Assembly: GCA_963702205.1 (NCBI GenBank)
Contig: OY969724.1
Coordinates: forward strand, 480,001 to 544,000
DNA: 64,000 nucleotides
From: an uncultured candidate division Zixibacteria bacterium
GTDB taxonomy: Bacteria; Zixibacteria; MSB-5A5; GN15; PGXB01
Direction: 5' to 3'
Positions 9,283-20,054 of this stretch are shown piece after piece. The position numbers and the translations under genes were made by a program. The stretch's first letter is position 1, and each line of letters begins with the position of its first letter. The notes beneath the pieces are model-generated. The model worked only from the letters and a program-made list of their open reading frames with translations. It did not search any database and had not been told where the DNA came from.

Positions 9283-11840
9283 TTAGCTGCAGATGGTTTC
9301 AGACACAGAAGCTTTATTCAGGGTTTCACACACCGTTTTATATAGCGCGTCCATTTTGAAAGGTTTGGCTATGCCGGCGTCGAATGCGTATTTTTGTGGA
9401 TTCGACATTATCGGGTCGCTCGAATAGCCGCTCGAAACGACGGCCTTAATATCGGGGTCTATTTCTCTCAAAATCAGAATGGCTTCCCGTCCACCCATAC
9501 CGCCCGGTATGGTTAAATCCATTATGATCAGATCGTATGGATTTCCAACTTCGCGCGCTTTCTTATAAAATTCTATGGCTTCGCTGCCGTTATCGGTGAT
9601 GTCCGCCGAGCAGCCGCATTTTTCCAAAGCCTTGACGGTCATCGTTCGGATCAATTCGTCGTCATCCATGATTAATACATGACACTTTTGCATGCACTTG
9701 TACGGCATCGGAGTTGCAGCGACGGACTTCACGGGAGAACCCGTCGCGGGGAGATAAATGGTAAACGTCGAACCTTTGCCAAGTATGGATTCGGCCATCA
9801 GATGTCCGTCATGCTTTTGTATAATGGAATAGGCGGTAGCCAATCCCAATCCGTTGCCCTTTTGTTTGGTCGTGAAGAAGGGATCGAAAATTTTCGATAA
9901 ATGCTGCTTTGAAATACCTATTCCCTGATCTTTGATTTCGATTTTGATATAATCCCCCGGCTTAAGCGGCAGTTGAGACGATTCCAATATATGGACACCA
10001 TTGGCGCTGATAACGATTTCGCCGCCGTCGGGCATAGCCTGGTCGGCGTTGATTATGATATTGCTCAGAACCTGGTTTATCTGACCGATATCGGCCTTGA
10101 CAGCGGCCAAATCCTCCGGGAGTTGAAAGCGGCAGCCGACATTGGAACCGTGAAGAACGAAGCGGGCCGACTCCCTGATAATGTCCACGATCGACGTGGC
10201 CTTCAAAATTGGAGTCCCGCCTTTGGCGAATGTAAGAAGCTGCTGGGTCAAATCGCGGGCATGAAGCGTTGCTTTTTCGGCATCGGCCAGGCATTGGCAT
10301 ATTTCGTTCCCCGATTCTGTCGATGACAGCGCCAGTGATATATTTCCAAGCACCGTTGTCAGGATGTTATTGAAATCGTGTGCTATGCCTCCGGCCAAAA
10401 GACCGATTGAATTGAGTTTTTCGCGGCGGACCAATTCCTCTTCCATTTTGCGCCGGCGGTAATGTCGACTATCATCGTCACCAATCGGGGTTTTTCACCG
10501 AGTTCAATCAATTCCGAAGAAACCAGGCAATCTCGTTGATTTCCCGCTGAATTTACGATCGTAACGGGATAATTCATGATATGTTTATTGGCCCTGAGAT
10601 GTTCGGCCATTTTCTCCCGGTCGCTCGCGGCATTCCAGATTCCGAGGTCCATGGTGTCAGAGCCTATAACCATATCCCGGCTGCATTGAACCAGGTCGTT
10701 GAAAGCTTTATTGGTGTCGATAACGACACCCGAATCGAGTTCAGTGACGAGCGTAGGAATCGGGCTGATCATAAAAATAGTGGAGAACATCTCCTCGGCG
10801 GCTTTACGGTTAGTCATGTCCTCGGTTAAGATTATTACCCGATCCACCTGACCGTCCTTATCTTTGACGGCGCAAAAGTGTTGGGAAACGAAACGCGAAC
10901 TTCCCGCTCGGTGGCTTTCCGACACGACTTCGGGGATATACAAATATCCGCCTTCTTCATAAATTCTTTTTACTTCATTCTGCCATTTGCCCAGATAGCT
11001 GTCCCTGGCGTCGAAGTTCAGACGCGATCGCTGCCGCGTCATGTAATCTCTGATGCCCTCGTCCGGAATGGCCCAGATTTTCTGCCAGGCATTGTTATAA
11101 CTCAACAGTCTGCCATAACGATCCCGTACGGAAATTCCGACCGGTGAATTTTCCACGACCACTCGATTTAATTCGTGCATTTCCTGAAGCGCGGCATCAG
11201 CCTGTTTGCGCTCGGTAATGTCTTTCAAAATGCCGTCGTAGTATAGCGGCTGGTTGTTTTCATCGAATATTACCCGGACGCTGGACGAAACCCAGAACGA
11301 TGACCCGTCGCGGCGTTTCAAACGAACTTCAATACCCTGGCCCGACCGCGTTCGGTGCAAATCGTCGTAAATCGTCTTGCGGTCGTTGGGATCGAAATAG
11401 ATATCCCGGGCGGAAATCTTTTTAAACTCCTCTTCCGAATCGTATCCGAATATTCTCGCCATCGCCGGATTAACCGACAAAAACCGGCCGTCGGGTGTCG
11501 AACGAAACACTCCCAATGGCAGGTTCGCCATGAGAGTCCGATATTTAGTCAGATGTTTCCTCAAGGCTCGTGAAACGGCCACCTTCTTGCGATTCGTCTT
11601 TTCAAGGTGTTCGGATGTCTGTCGCATCAATTCGAAATTCTGGAGCTGCTTTGAAGCGACACGCCGTAGAATTAACGCGAAGATCGAAGCGAGGGTGATA
11701 ATGGCGGGGATCGATATAATGAAAACAACGTGGGAGTGGAGGAAATACCCCACTTCCATGAGAATCACGATAATGCACGTGAATATTGCCAGCAGCAAAT
11801 AGATTTTATGAAAATCCGATTTATTCAGTTCTTTAAACAT
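9283..11840 (-). CDS. Membrane hybrid sensor histidine kinase (2 TM, 3 PAS, HisKA, HATPase, REC), split by a -1 frameshift at ~10456
   Basis: ORF 10383-11873 has TM helices and PAS/PAC domains ending VDIT. ORF 9283-10446 has AGGIAHDFNN, DQGIG, FFTTK, GLGL and a receiver domain. Adding one base gives the canonical DIT-x-RRKMEEEL linker. Confidence 0.85.
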
Positions 11841-12028
11841 AGTCGGGCACTCAATCATCCAATTTGGCCACAAATTTCAAGACATATAAGTTTTCGGAAT
11901 TTTACGGGAATACTTTATGGCAATTTCCAACATTTGATCGGGATAATAAAAATGACGATTGAACTTGTCAGACGGGCCGTTGTTTCATTAATTTAGGAAC
12001 GAAAAAGAAATTCCCAGAAAGGAAAACC

Positions 12029-13843
12029 ATGACAACTGAAACCATTAGCGCCATGCCGCAACGCAATGAAATCTCCGACCAATATAAATGGAACCTGGCC
12101 GACATTTACCCGTCCGAAAGCGACTGGGATGCCGATTATAATAAAGTCCGTGGGCTTGTTGACAAAGCCGGTGAGTTCAAAGGCCGGCTCGGTTCATCTT
12201 CCGAATCTCTCTATGAATGCCTGGAAATAAAATCAGAAATTTCGCTGATATGCTCGAACCTGTATCAATATGCCCGTCTTAACCAGGACCTCGATAACCG
12301 CCAATCGAAATACCAGGCCATGACCGAAAAGGCGGCCATGCTCGGGTCGCTGGCGTCGGCGGCGTATTCTTTTGTCGAGCCGGAACTGCTGACGCTGGAC
12401 GATGCAAAACTCCGCTCGCTGGCGGCCGGTTTTCCGAAAACCGATGTTTACGATTTCATGATTACAGAGTTGATTCGTTCGCGCGCTCATATTCGTTCGG
12501 CCGAAGTCGAGGAGCTGCTGGCACAGTCGTCGATGATAGCCCGGGGGCCGGAGACGATTTTCGGAATGCTCGACGACGCCGACATGAAATACCCGTCCAT
12601 AAAAGACGAAAAGGGTCAGGAAGTGCGTCTGACCCGCCAGCGTTTTTCCCGCTTTATGGAATCCAGCGATCGGCGCGTTCGTCGCGACGCCAACGATGCC
12701 TTCATGAGCTCCTACAAAGACCACATCAATTGCCTTGGAGCGTCGCTGGCCAGTGCCGTAAACGGCGATATTTTCTACTCCCGGGCCCGCAATTACAAAA
12801 GCTCGCTCGAAATGGCCCTTGACGCACACAATATCCCGATTTCCGTATATAAATCGCTGATAGAAACAACCGAAAAAAACCTCGCGGGTCTTCACAAATG
12901 GATTGCCCTGCGTAAAAAAATATTGAAACTCGATGAAATCTACCCGTACGACGTCTATAATCCCCTGTTCCCGGAACAAGCTTACGACATCCCGTACGAA
13001 GGCGCCGTCCGTCAGGTGATCGAAGCGGTCGAGCCGTTGGGCGAGAAGTATCGCTCCATCCTGGAGAAGGGTTTCAACGGCCGCTGGGTCGACGTATTCG
13101 AAACCGAAGGCAAAGGTGGCGGGGCATATAACAGCGGTAATTACCTATATCACCCGTATGTCCTGATGAACTACAACGATACCGTGGACCATATGTTTAC
13201 CCTCGCCCACGAGATGGGTCACGCCCTCCACAGCTACCTTTCATCTCGCAGCCAGGTTTATGTGAAATCGCAGTATTCGATTTTCGTGGCCGAAGTCGCC
13301 TCGACCCTGAATGAAGGTCTGTTGCTGCAGTACCTCCTGAAAAAAACCGATGACCCCAAACAAAAACTGTTTTTGCTGAACCGTCATATCGACAACACCA
13401 AGGGTACATTTTTCCACCAGGTCCAGTTCGCTCATTTTGAATTGATGATACACGAACACGTCGAAAGCGGTCAGGCCCTGTCACCCGAAATACTGGGACA
13501 GATGTGGGTCGATCTGTTGATGAAATATTACGGTCCCGAGATGACCGTCGATAAATTCGCGCAGTACAAATGGGGGCGTATTCCGCATTTTTATTACACG
13601 TATTACGTGTACCAGTACGCCACGTCGTATGCCGCGTCGCAGGCGATTCTGGATAAATTCCTGTCCGGCGAAACCGGTATTATAGACAAATACCTGAAAT
13701 TGTTGTCATCGGGCGGCGATGATTATCCGATCAACCAGCTGAAAAAGTGCGGCATCGACATGACCACCGCCGATCCCGTCCGGGCGACAATCAAGCTGTT
13801 CGGTGAGCAGGTCGACGAAATCGAGCGCCTGGCCGGCGTATAG
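12029..13843 (+). CDS. pepF: Oligoendopeptidase F (M3B), cytoplasmic
   Basis: KWNLADIY, RWVDV, TLAHEMGHALH, FVAEVAST and IPHFY motifs. Confidence 0.93.
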   Translation: MTTETISAMPQRNEISDQYKWNLADIYPSESDWDADYNKVRGLVDKAGEFKGRLGSSSESLYECLEIKSEISLICSNLYQYARLNQDLDNRQSKYQAMTEKAAMLGSLASAAYSFVEPELLTLDDAKLRSLAAGFPKTDVYDFMITELIRSRAHIRSAEVEELLAQSSMIARGPETIFGMLDDADMKYPSIKDEKGQEVRLTRQRFSRFMESSDRRVRRDANDAFMSSYKDHINCLGASLASAVNGDIFYSRARNYKSSLEMALDAHNIPISVYKSLIETTEKNLAGLHKWIALRKKILKLDEIYPYDVYNPLFPEQAYDIPYEGAVRQVIEAVEPLGEKYRSILEKGFNGRWVDVFETEGKGGGAYNSGNYLYHPYVLMNYNDTVDHMFTLAHEMGHALHSYLSSRSQVYVKSQYSIFVAEVASTLNEGLLLQYLLKKTDDPKQKLFLLNRHIDNTKGTFFHQVQFAHFELMIHEHVESGQALSPEILGQMWVDLLMKYYGPEMTVDKFAQYKWGRIPHFYYTYYVYQYATSYAASQAILDKFLSGETGIIDKYLKLLSSGGDDYPINQLKKCGIDMTTADPVRATIKLFGEQVDEIERLAGV

Positions 13844-13886
13844 CGGATTGTTGGTTTTGAATTGAAAATAAGAAACTGAAATTCAA

Positions 13887-13916
13887 TGGCCGGTTGGTCT
13901 GAAGATCAACCGGCCA
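13887..13916. terminator. Hairpin between convergent genes
   Basis: TGGCCGGTTGGTC-tgaa-GATCAACCGGCCA stem-loop. Confidence 0.6.
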
Positions 13917-13940
13917 AATTTCATATATTAACATCAAATA

Positions 13941-15191
13941 CTAAAAGTTCACTTCGGCCATCAGGTACGCCCAGTACATGGCGGGCGGATCATAATATCC
14001 GGCAAATGCTTCTGAGGGCAGAAAGACCGATGCCCCGCCGGTCAATACAATGCCCGGGACACTGGTCGTGACGGCGGTCAGGTCAAGTTCGGAGCCTATT
14101 TTCCTGGTGTCATTGCCGACAAAATCCACATAGTCGGCCGTAGCTTTGAAAAAGTGCATATCGCCCTTGACGGTCCACATGGGGTACGGGTCGAGGCTGG
14201 CCCGGAAGACAACGTCCAAAAGTCCGTAATAAGGCGAGTCCACGAAATAGTCCATGTATCCGCGGAATTTATGGCCGGTATAATAAAGATTGTCATAAGC
14301 GTTATTGGTTAGATCTCCTTGTCTGTCGTCGCCCGAAGTATAATCCAGCCCGAACGCCAGCCTGAGATTATTGTCGCGCTCTTCGAACGTATAGCCTGCT
14401 TCTCCCTGTATCATCACTGCCGAAATATCGATATTGGCGGGAGTGGCCGCCGTGGGATCGGCCTGGTCCCCGCTTTGATAAACCGCCGTCACTTCATAGT
14501 CCACTTCATCCCGCACCCCGGAGTGGTACAACCCGATATTGAACCGATTCAACTTGTTGTAGCGGGTGGTCTGCCGGGCGGCGTTGAGATTGTCGGCACT
14601 GTGCTCATAAAACCCGAACAGTTCCAAATTTATATCTTTGAAGATCGCGTTAAGGCCGGTGATGTCGAAATCACGGTTTTCAAGCGTGTCGTTCAGTTCC
14701 AGTCTTTTAAGCCAGTAGCCGTTTAGTCTGAAATCGAGTTGATCATACCACAGCATGCCGCCGTCCCAGGCCCGGCCGACATTGCTCCAGTCTACGGCAC
14801 CGAAAACCCGTTGATTGCCGATATTGACCTCGAAACGACCGACTTTAAGACCGACGCCGTCGTGCCAGAGGCGATTGATCTGGATATAGGCCTGATGAAT
14901 GTCGACATTTTTCTTGTCGTTCAGGGCTCCCGATGTGTCCGCCCCGAAGACGCGGCTGTCCTGAAACTGGACGTAGGCGATGACATTTTTTTCCAGCTCG
15001 GTCTGAAGATGAACCCGGGTACGAAGCTCGGAATATTTAAGGGTCACATTGGCCGGGTTAAGATCGCGATCATCGTATTGACCTCGAAAACGCATCTGAC
15101 CACCGAAATCCAGTTTCGGTTCCGCCAGAACATTTCCGGCCAATCCAAGAAACAGACCGGAAATAATTAAAACCGTTGCCAGACTTTTCAT
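13941..15191 (-). CDS. Alginate-export (AlgE-like) outer-membrane beta-barrel
   Basis: Signal peptide MKSLATVL...; QFQDSRVFG, HQAYI, GNQRVFGAVDW and GHKFRGYMD motifs; terminal Phe. Confidence 0.8.
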   Translation of the reverse strand: MKSLATVLIISGLFLGLAGNVLAEPKLDFGGQMRFRGQYDDRDLNPANVTLKYSELRTRVHLQTELEKNVIAYVQFQDSRVFGADTSGALNDKKNVDIHQAYIQINRLWHDGVGLKVGRFEVNIGNQRVFGAVDWSNVGRAWDGGMLWYDQLDFRLNGYWLKRLELNDTLENRDFDITGLNAIFKDINLELFGFYEHSADNLNAARQTTRYNKLNRFNIGLYHSGVRDEVDYEVTAVYQSGDQADPTAATPANIDISAVMIQGEAGYTFEERDNNLRLAFGLDYTSGDDRQGDLTNNAYDNLYYTGHKFRGYMDYFVDSPYYGLLDVVFRASLDPYPMWTVKGDMHFFKATADYVDFVGNDTRKIGSELDLTAVTTSVPGIVLTGGASVFLPSEAFAGYYDPPAMYWAYLMAEVNF

Positions 15192-15387
15192 AAGTCCCTC
15201 CTGTTGAACGCCGAATTTACGGCATAAAATATGGTCGTCTTTTATTTTAAGACTTAAATTTGACAAAATAGGACCGATTTGTCAACTTATATTACGGGAT
15301 GTGGAGATTGCGCTTTCTTAAATAATCGTATCTATGTATTTTTCATATAGATTTTATCATAAGGTCATCCATAATGGGAGGTGTTAT

Positions 15388-15897
15388 ATGAACAGGTCAT
15401 TGATACTTCTCGCGCTGGTGTTTTCCTCGGCTGTTTCAGTTGCTGCACAGGACAATACTGCTGCTTCGGCTCCCGCTTGTATCAGAGAAGCGGATCAAAT
15501 CCTTAACATCGGGGACAAGATAAGACTTACCTCTGCCAATGGTCATTTTGTGGAAGGATATTTGGCCGGGATATCCTATGAATCATCATACATTTCAATC
15601 GGGCAGAGGAACCACAAACCTGCCGGTCAAAACCATATTGCTTTCAGCGATATAGATCAAATCAGTTATTATAAAAGGGGGAAACTAAAGCCGTTGTATA
15701 TCCTCGGCGGCTTTGTAGGTGGAATTTTAGTCGGCGGGTTTATCGGGACCATAGCGGGCAGCCATAGCGATGAAATGTTTGGACAAATAGATGCTGCCGC
15801 AACAGGCGCTGGGATTGGCGCGATGACCGGAATAGCATTGGGTTTTGCCTGTTCGGTTCACGCCAAAAAACTCGTAGAAATAAAATGCGATTTCTGA
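15388..15897 (+). CDS. Exported hypothetical protein with C-terminal Gly-rich membrane segments
   Basis: GGAGG RBS, signal peptide, glycine-zipper-like helices. Confidence 0.65.
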   Translation: MNRSLILLALVFSSAVSVAAQDNTAASAPACIREADQILNIGDKIRLTSANGHFVEGYLAGISYESSYISIGQRNHKPAGQNHIAFSDIDQISYYKRGKLKPLYILGGFVGGILVGGFIGTIAGSHSDEMFGQIDAAATGAGIGAMTGIALGFACSVHAKKLVEIKCDF

Positions 15898-15910
15898 TCA
15901 ACCTGCCAAT

Positions 15911-15940
15911 AAAAAACCCGGTGACCAAAAGGCCGCCGGG
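15911..15940 (-). terminator. Intrinsic terminator of the - strand small transcript
   Basis: CCCGGCGGCC-TTTT-GGTCACCGGG followed by TTTTTT. Confidence 0.7.
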
Positions 15941-16056
15941 TCGGCTAAACTGTTGGGATTTACTCAGCATACCCCAACATATAAATGGGGATTCTGCTAA
16001 GTAGCAGCCACCTCACGTTTGTCTGATTTCAAAATAGACCACCTCCTTTCCCGTGT
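15911..16056 (-). ncRNA. Candidate small RNA / micro-ORF transcript (MKSDKREVAAT, 16032-15997)
   Basis: GAAAGGAGGTGGTC leader, TTG-start 11-codon ORF, long hairpin at 15961-16003, then a terminator. Confidence 0.5.
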
Positions 16057-16160
16057 ACTAATAATAACGGCCAAAAGGGCCTAAATATCAATAAAAAAAG
16101 TCAAAAAAATCGACCCATAATCCCCTGAATCTATCGGAAAACGGTAAATTTTGTGCCATT

Positions 16161-16517
16161 TTAATAATCGTGGGTCCCGACCACCAACTCTTTGCCGAAC
16201 TTGTCTTTAACTATCGCGGCGATCTTTTCAAAATCAAGCGGGCACTGACCGGTGGTTTTGGCCTTCACGATACAGGTTCCCAGATGGATATGATCGTATT
16301 TACGGCCGATATGGTCTGCTATTTCATTCATCAAAAGCATTTTCGGGACGATCAGTCCGGGGCAGTCGCCGCAATTACCCAGGGCGATCAGCTCGATGTC
16401 ATCATCGTAGCGCGAGAACTCCCCATCTTTTAAGCTGACAGCTTTCAGGCATTTTTCGCAGGCGATGCATAATTGGTCCTGGATTCGTTTGCAACCGATA
16501 ATAGCGATTTTGGCCAT
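16161..16517 (-). CDS. CGGC-domain protein (Cys-rich, putative metal/Fe-S binding)
   Basis: IIGC...CIACEKC, GNCGDCPG, IHLGTC and VVGTH motifs; GGAGG RBS. Confidence 0.82.
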   Translation of the reverse strand: MAKIAIIGCKRIQDQLCIACEKCLKAVSLKDGEFSRYDDDIELIALGNCGDCPGLIVPKMLLMNEIADHIGRKYDHIHLGTCIVKAKTTGQCPLDFEKIAAIVKDKFGKELVVGTHDY

Positions 16518-16748
16518 ATAAAACCCTCCTTTATGAAGAAATTTATTATTGACATATTAGAAAACAACGCCGCCCGGCGCAAGCAACTTGTTGAAACATA
16601 ACAATATATAAGACAATTACAATCCTGATTTGTACAATGGCGAATATATCCAAAAAAAGCGCTTGTCAATTTTCGGGCCGTCTTCTTTCTTGATACCTGT
16701 GTCGTATAATGAAATATGGAATCAATCGAAAACGCCGGAGGAAATATC

Positions 16749-17471
16749 ATGCAGCCGCGACGCATCATCGTTCTTATAGCTATCATGCTTATCGCTTTTG
16801 CCTGCAATCAAAAGCAGCCGGAGAAAGTATCGTCCACATCACAGGATCGGGAGTTCCCCGAACTGAACGCCTATTTGAATGCCCTGGATGACGCCGTCCA
16901 CGGCGTTATAGATTCCAATTTCGCTTCGGTTCGCGAAAACGCCCCACTTCTGGCCGACGCCTGCCGGACTCTGGAAAAAGCTCCGCTTCCCAAATTTTTT
17001 GAGGATGTCGCGTCGCAATTCGCCGAGGCCCAGCCCGTCCTCATGTCGGCGGTAGATCATTTCACAAATATGGCGACGTCCGGAACCGATGACCAGCTCG
17101 AAGCTGCGCTTGATTCGGTGCGCTCGGCCTCTATCGCCGTTTGGGCGGTGTTCGTGCCGAATATAAAACCGATTGAGGATTTCCATAAAGCACTGCAGCC
17201 CGCCTGGCATAATTTTACCGTCAATGAGGAGTGGGATTCGTTGAAACTCTATCTGCCTGCTTTCGATGACGCCATACTCGTGCTCGATACGACCACTTTA
17301 CCCGCCAAGTACGATTACGCGCAGGACAAGTTCAAAACCGGGGTGGCCAATCTTGAGGCGGCTTTCGATTCACTCAAGTATGCCTTTGCCGAAAACAGGC
17401 TGGACGATCTTCCCGGTAAAATGACCGACCTGCACGATGCTTTTCACGAGCTGCAGAATTTTTATAAATAA
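16749..17471 (+). CDS. Lipoprotein, alpha-helical, function unknown
   Basis: GGAGGA RBS; lipobox IAFAC; two helical-bundle-like halves with FH..L...WH and LHDAFH. Confidence 0.72.
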   Translation: MQPRRIIVLIAIMLIAFACNQKQPEKVSSTSQDREFPELNAYLNALDDAVHGVIDSNFASVRENAPLLADACRTLEKAPLPKFFEDVASQFAEAQPVLMSAVDHFTNMATSGTDDQLEAALDSVRSASIAVWAVFVPNIKPIEDFHKALQPAWHNFTVNEEWDSLKLYLPAFDDAILVLDTTTLPAKYDYAQDKFKTGVANLEAAFDSLKYAFAENRLDDLPGKMTDLHDAFHELQNFYK

Positions 17472-17494
17472 AACCGGAATTTATCTTTTTATAT

Positions 17495-17522
17495 GGCCGG
17501 GCCGAGCAGCCCGGCCTTTTTT
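17495..17522 (+). terminator. Intrinsic terminator
   Basis: GGCCGGGC-cgagca-GCCCGGCC followed by a T run. Confidence 0.75.
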
Positions 17523-17583
17523 ATTGCATGGCGATTGACAGCCCATAATTTGATTTTATATGCGATCAAACAAGGAAGTTACC

Positions 17584-20004
17584 ATGAAAAAAATAACTGC
17601 GATTTCGTTAATTACATTTATTGCCCTGACTGCTTCGGCCCTCGCCGTCGGCATTCCCGGATATTATCAGCGCTCCGGTTTTTTGTTCACGCCGCCATCG
17701 GTGTACAACGACGGTCTTCTCGGTTTTTCCAACCCGGCCAATCTGGCGCTCATACCTCGCGGTGAAGTCCGTCTGACCTGGACAACCGATGGGACCGATT
17801 TTTCGTCCTTCGACAACTGGGGTTTTATGGCGGCCGTGCCCAATCTCGGGATCAATTATTTCCGCTACAATATCGGAGATACCCCGGCCAGCGACTACCG
17901 CCTCGCCCTGGCTTTCGGTACTCCGGGTCATACCATGGGTTTGTCGTACGGCTGGTCGACCGGAGACAACGACGCCGCCGGACGCGAAAAAGTGCTGACT
18001 CTCGGAACCATCGCCCGGCCCAATAAGTACATTTCAACCGGGCTCGTTTACAATGAATCGCTCGAAAGCAAGGACAACGAATTGATCGGCGATATCGGCC
18101 TTCGCCCTGCCGGCACCCCGACCCTGACCGTCTTCGCCGACGCCGCCCTTAAGTACAACATGAGTTTTTCGGACCTGCCGTGGAGCATCGGAGCCGTTAT
18201 CGAGCCGGCCGCCGGGATAAACATCATCGGACGGTATTTCGACTCCGAATCGTTCACTATCGGCGTAACTATCGGTCTGGGAAGTCTCGGTTTCGGTTCG
18301 CAGACGCACTATAATATGAATCAACATCATGTCGGTTACAGCAATTATGTCCGGCTCGGCGGGGTTAAGCCGAGCTATATTTCGGAATATTTCGAGCGTG
18401 ACCGTCGGTTCGTAGCCATGCCTCTCAAAGGTACTATCGGGTACCAAAAGTACCACTACTTTGACAACAGCGGGCCGCGCCTGTACGATATATTGAACGA
18501 AATCAAAGCGGCGGCGACCGATCCCCGGGTCGGCGCGCTGGCGATCAACCTGTCGGGCATGCACGTATACCCGGAACACGCCTGGGAAATCAGAAACCAA
18601 CTGGCCGAATTCAAGACCAGCGGCAAACCGGTTGTCATTTTCATCGATCAGGCGGAGATGACACAGTACCACCTCGCCAGCGTCGCCGACGTGGTCGTCA
18701 TGGACCCCCAGGGGTACTTACTGCTCGGGGGGTACGTCTCGGGACGGACGTACTTCAAGGGGACACTGGAAAAGCTCGGCCTCGGTTTCGAGCCCTGGCG
18801 GTTTTTTAAGTACAAATCCGGCCCGGAATCGTACAGCCGCGACGGCATGTCCCCCGCCGACCGCGAACAGCGCCAGGCCTTTGTCGATGATCGCTACGAT
18901 CTGGCTCGCGATGAAATCTGCGCGTCGCGACTCATTTCATCCGACGATTTCGACAACCTCATCGACAACGTCGGCTATCTCGACGCCTCTGAAGCTATCG
19001 ATTACAAACTCGTCGACACCCTCGCCCGGTGGTCCGATGTCGGGGGTGTGGTGCGCGACTTGAGCGGTAAATTCATGTGGGCCATCGGCCCGGAAGAAAC
19101 CCAAGCCATCGCCGTTCCGTCGCAATCGTGGGGTTCCAAACCAAAAATTGCGGTCGTCTACGCCATCGGCGAATGCGAGATGGACAGCGGGATCAAAGCC
19201 CGCTGGCTGGAAAACGTATTCGAGGCCCTCACAGTACAGCCGAATATCACCGCGGTCGTGTTTCGCGTCGACAGCCCCGGCGGTTACGGTCTGCCCAGCG
19301 ACCTCGTGGCTCAGGCGGTACGCAAATGCGCATCGGTAAAGCCGGTTATCGTCTCCCAGGGACAGTTGGCTGCCTCGGGTGGATACTGGATTTCCGCCTT
19401 CGGAAATGAGATCGTCGCCGGTCCGGGGACCCTGACCGGGTCGATCGGAGTGTACGGCGGCTGGGTGTACGACAAAGATTTTAGCGAAAAGCTCGGCATG
19501 ACGTACGACTTCGTCAAGCGCGGGGAACACGCCGACCTTCAGATGGGCGTGCGCCTGCCTTTTCTTGGCATCACGGTACCCGGTCGCAACCTGACCGATG
19601 ACGAATTCGCCATAATGAAAAGGGCGATACTAAAACACTATGACCAGTTTGTCGGCGTCGTGTCCGAGGGCCGCAATATACCCGAAGAGCGTGTGCGTGA
19701 AATCGGCGAGGGCCGGGTGTACTCCGGAACCGACGGCCTCGAACTGGGCCTCGTCGATCGCCTCGGTTCGTTGACTACCGCGATAGACGTCGCCAAAGAC
19801 CGCGCTGGTCTTACGCCGGATCAGGAAGTGGACATCATCGAAATCCCAAAGTACAAAGGTTTGTTCGATATTCATTTTCCTGGTTTGCCCGATATACCGA
19901 GTCTGAAAGACGAACCCTCGATGATGTACCTTAAAATGATCACCGACTCCCCCGCCCAGCCGCTTTTCATGCTCCCCCCCGATTTTCAGCCGGGGCTGGA
20001 GTGA
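17584..20004 (+). CDS. sppA: SppA (S49, protease IV) with an N-terminal beta-rich domain
   Basis: Signal peptide; YHLASVAD, KYKSGPE, RVDSPGG, AASGGYWI, TGSIGV and GRVYSG motifs. Confidence 0.88.
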   Translation: MKKITAISLITFIALTASALAVGIPGYYQRSGFLFTPPSVYNDGLLGFSNPANLALIPRGEVRLTWTTDGTDFSSFDNWGFMAAVPNLGINYFRYNIGDTPASDYRLALAFGTPGHTMGLSYGWSTGDNDAAGREKVLTLGTIARPNKYISTGLVYNESLESKDNELIGDIGLRPAGTPTLTVFADAALKYNMSFSDLPWSIGAVIEPAAGINIIGRYFDSESFTIGVTIGLGSLGFGSQTHYNMNQHHVGYSNYVRLGGVKPSYISEYFERDRRFVAMPLKGTIGYQKYHYFDNSGPRLYDILNEIKAAATDPRVGALAINLSGMHVYPEHAWEIRNQLAEFKTSGKPVVIFIDQAEMTQYHLASVADVVVMDPQGYLLLGGYVSGRTYFKGTLEKLGLGFEPWRFFKYKSGPESYSRDGMSPADREQRQAFVDDRYDLARDEICASRLISSDDFDNLIDNVGYLDASEAIDYKLVDTLARWSDVGGVVRDLSGKFMWAIGPEETQAIAVPSQSWGSKPKIAVVYAIGECEMDSGIKARWLENVFEALTVQPNITAVVFRVDSPGGYGLPSDLVAQAVRKCASVKPVIVSQGQLAASGGYWISAFGNEIVAGPGTLTGSIGVYGGWVYDKDFSEKLGMTYDFVKRGEHADLQMGVRLPFLGITVPGRNLTDDEFAIMKRAILKHYDQFVGVVSEGRNIPEERVREIGEGRVYSGTDGLELGLVDRLGSLTTAIDVAKDRAGLTPDQEVDIIEIPKYKGLFDIHFPGLPDIPSLKDEPSMMYLKMITDSPAQPLFMLPPDFQPGLE

Positions 20005-20054
20005 TGGTCAGCTATTATAGTACACTCTTCCGATACATTCACCTTAACCGCGTT

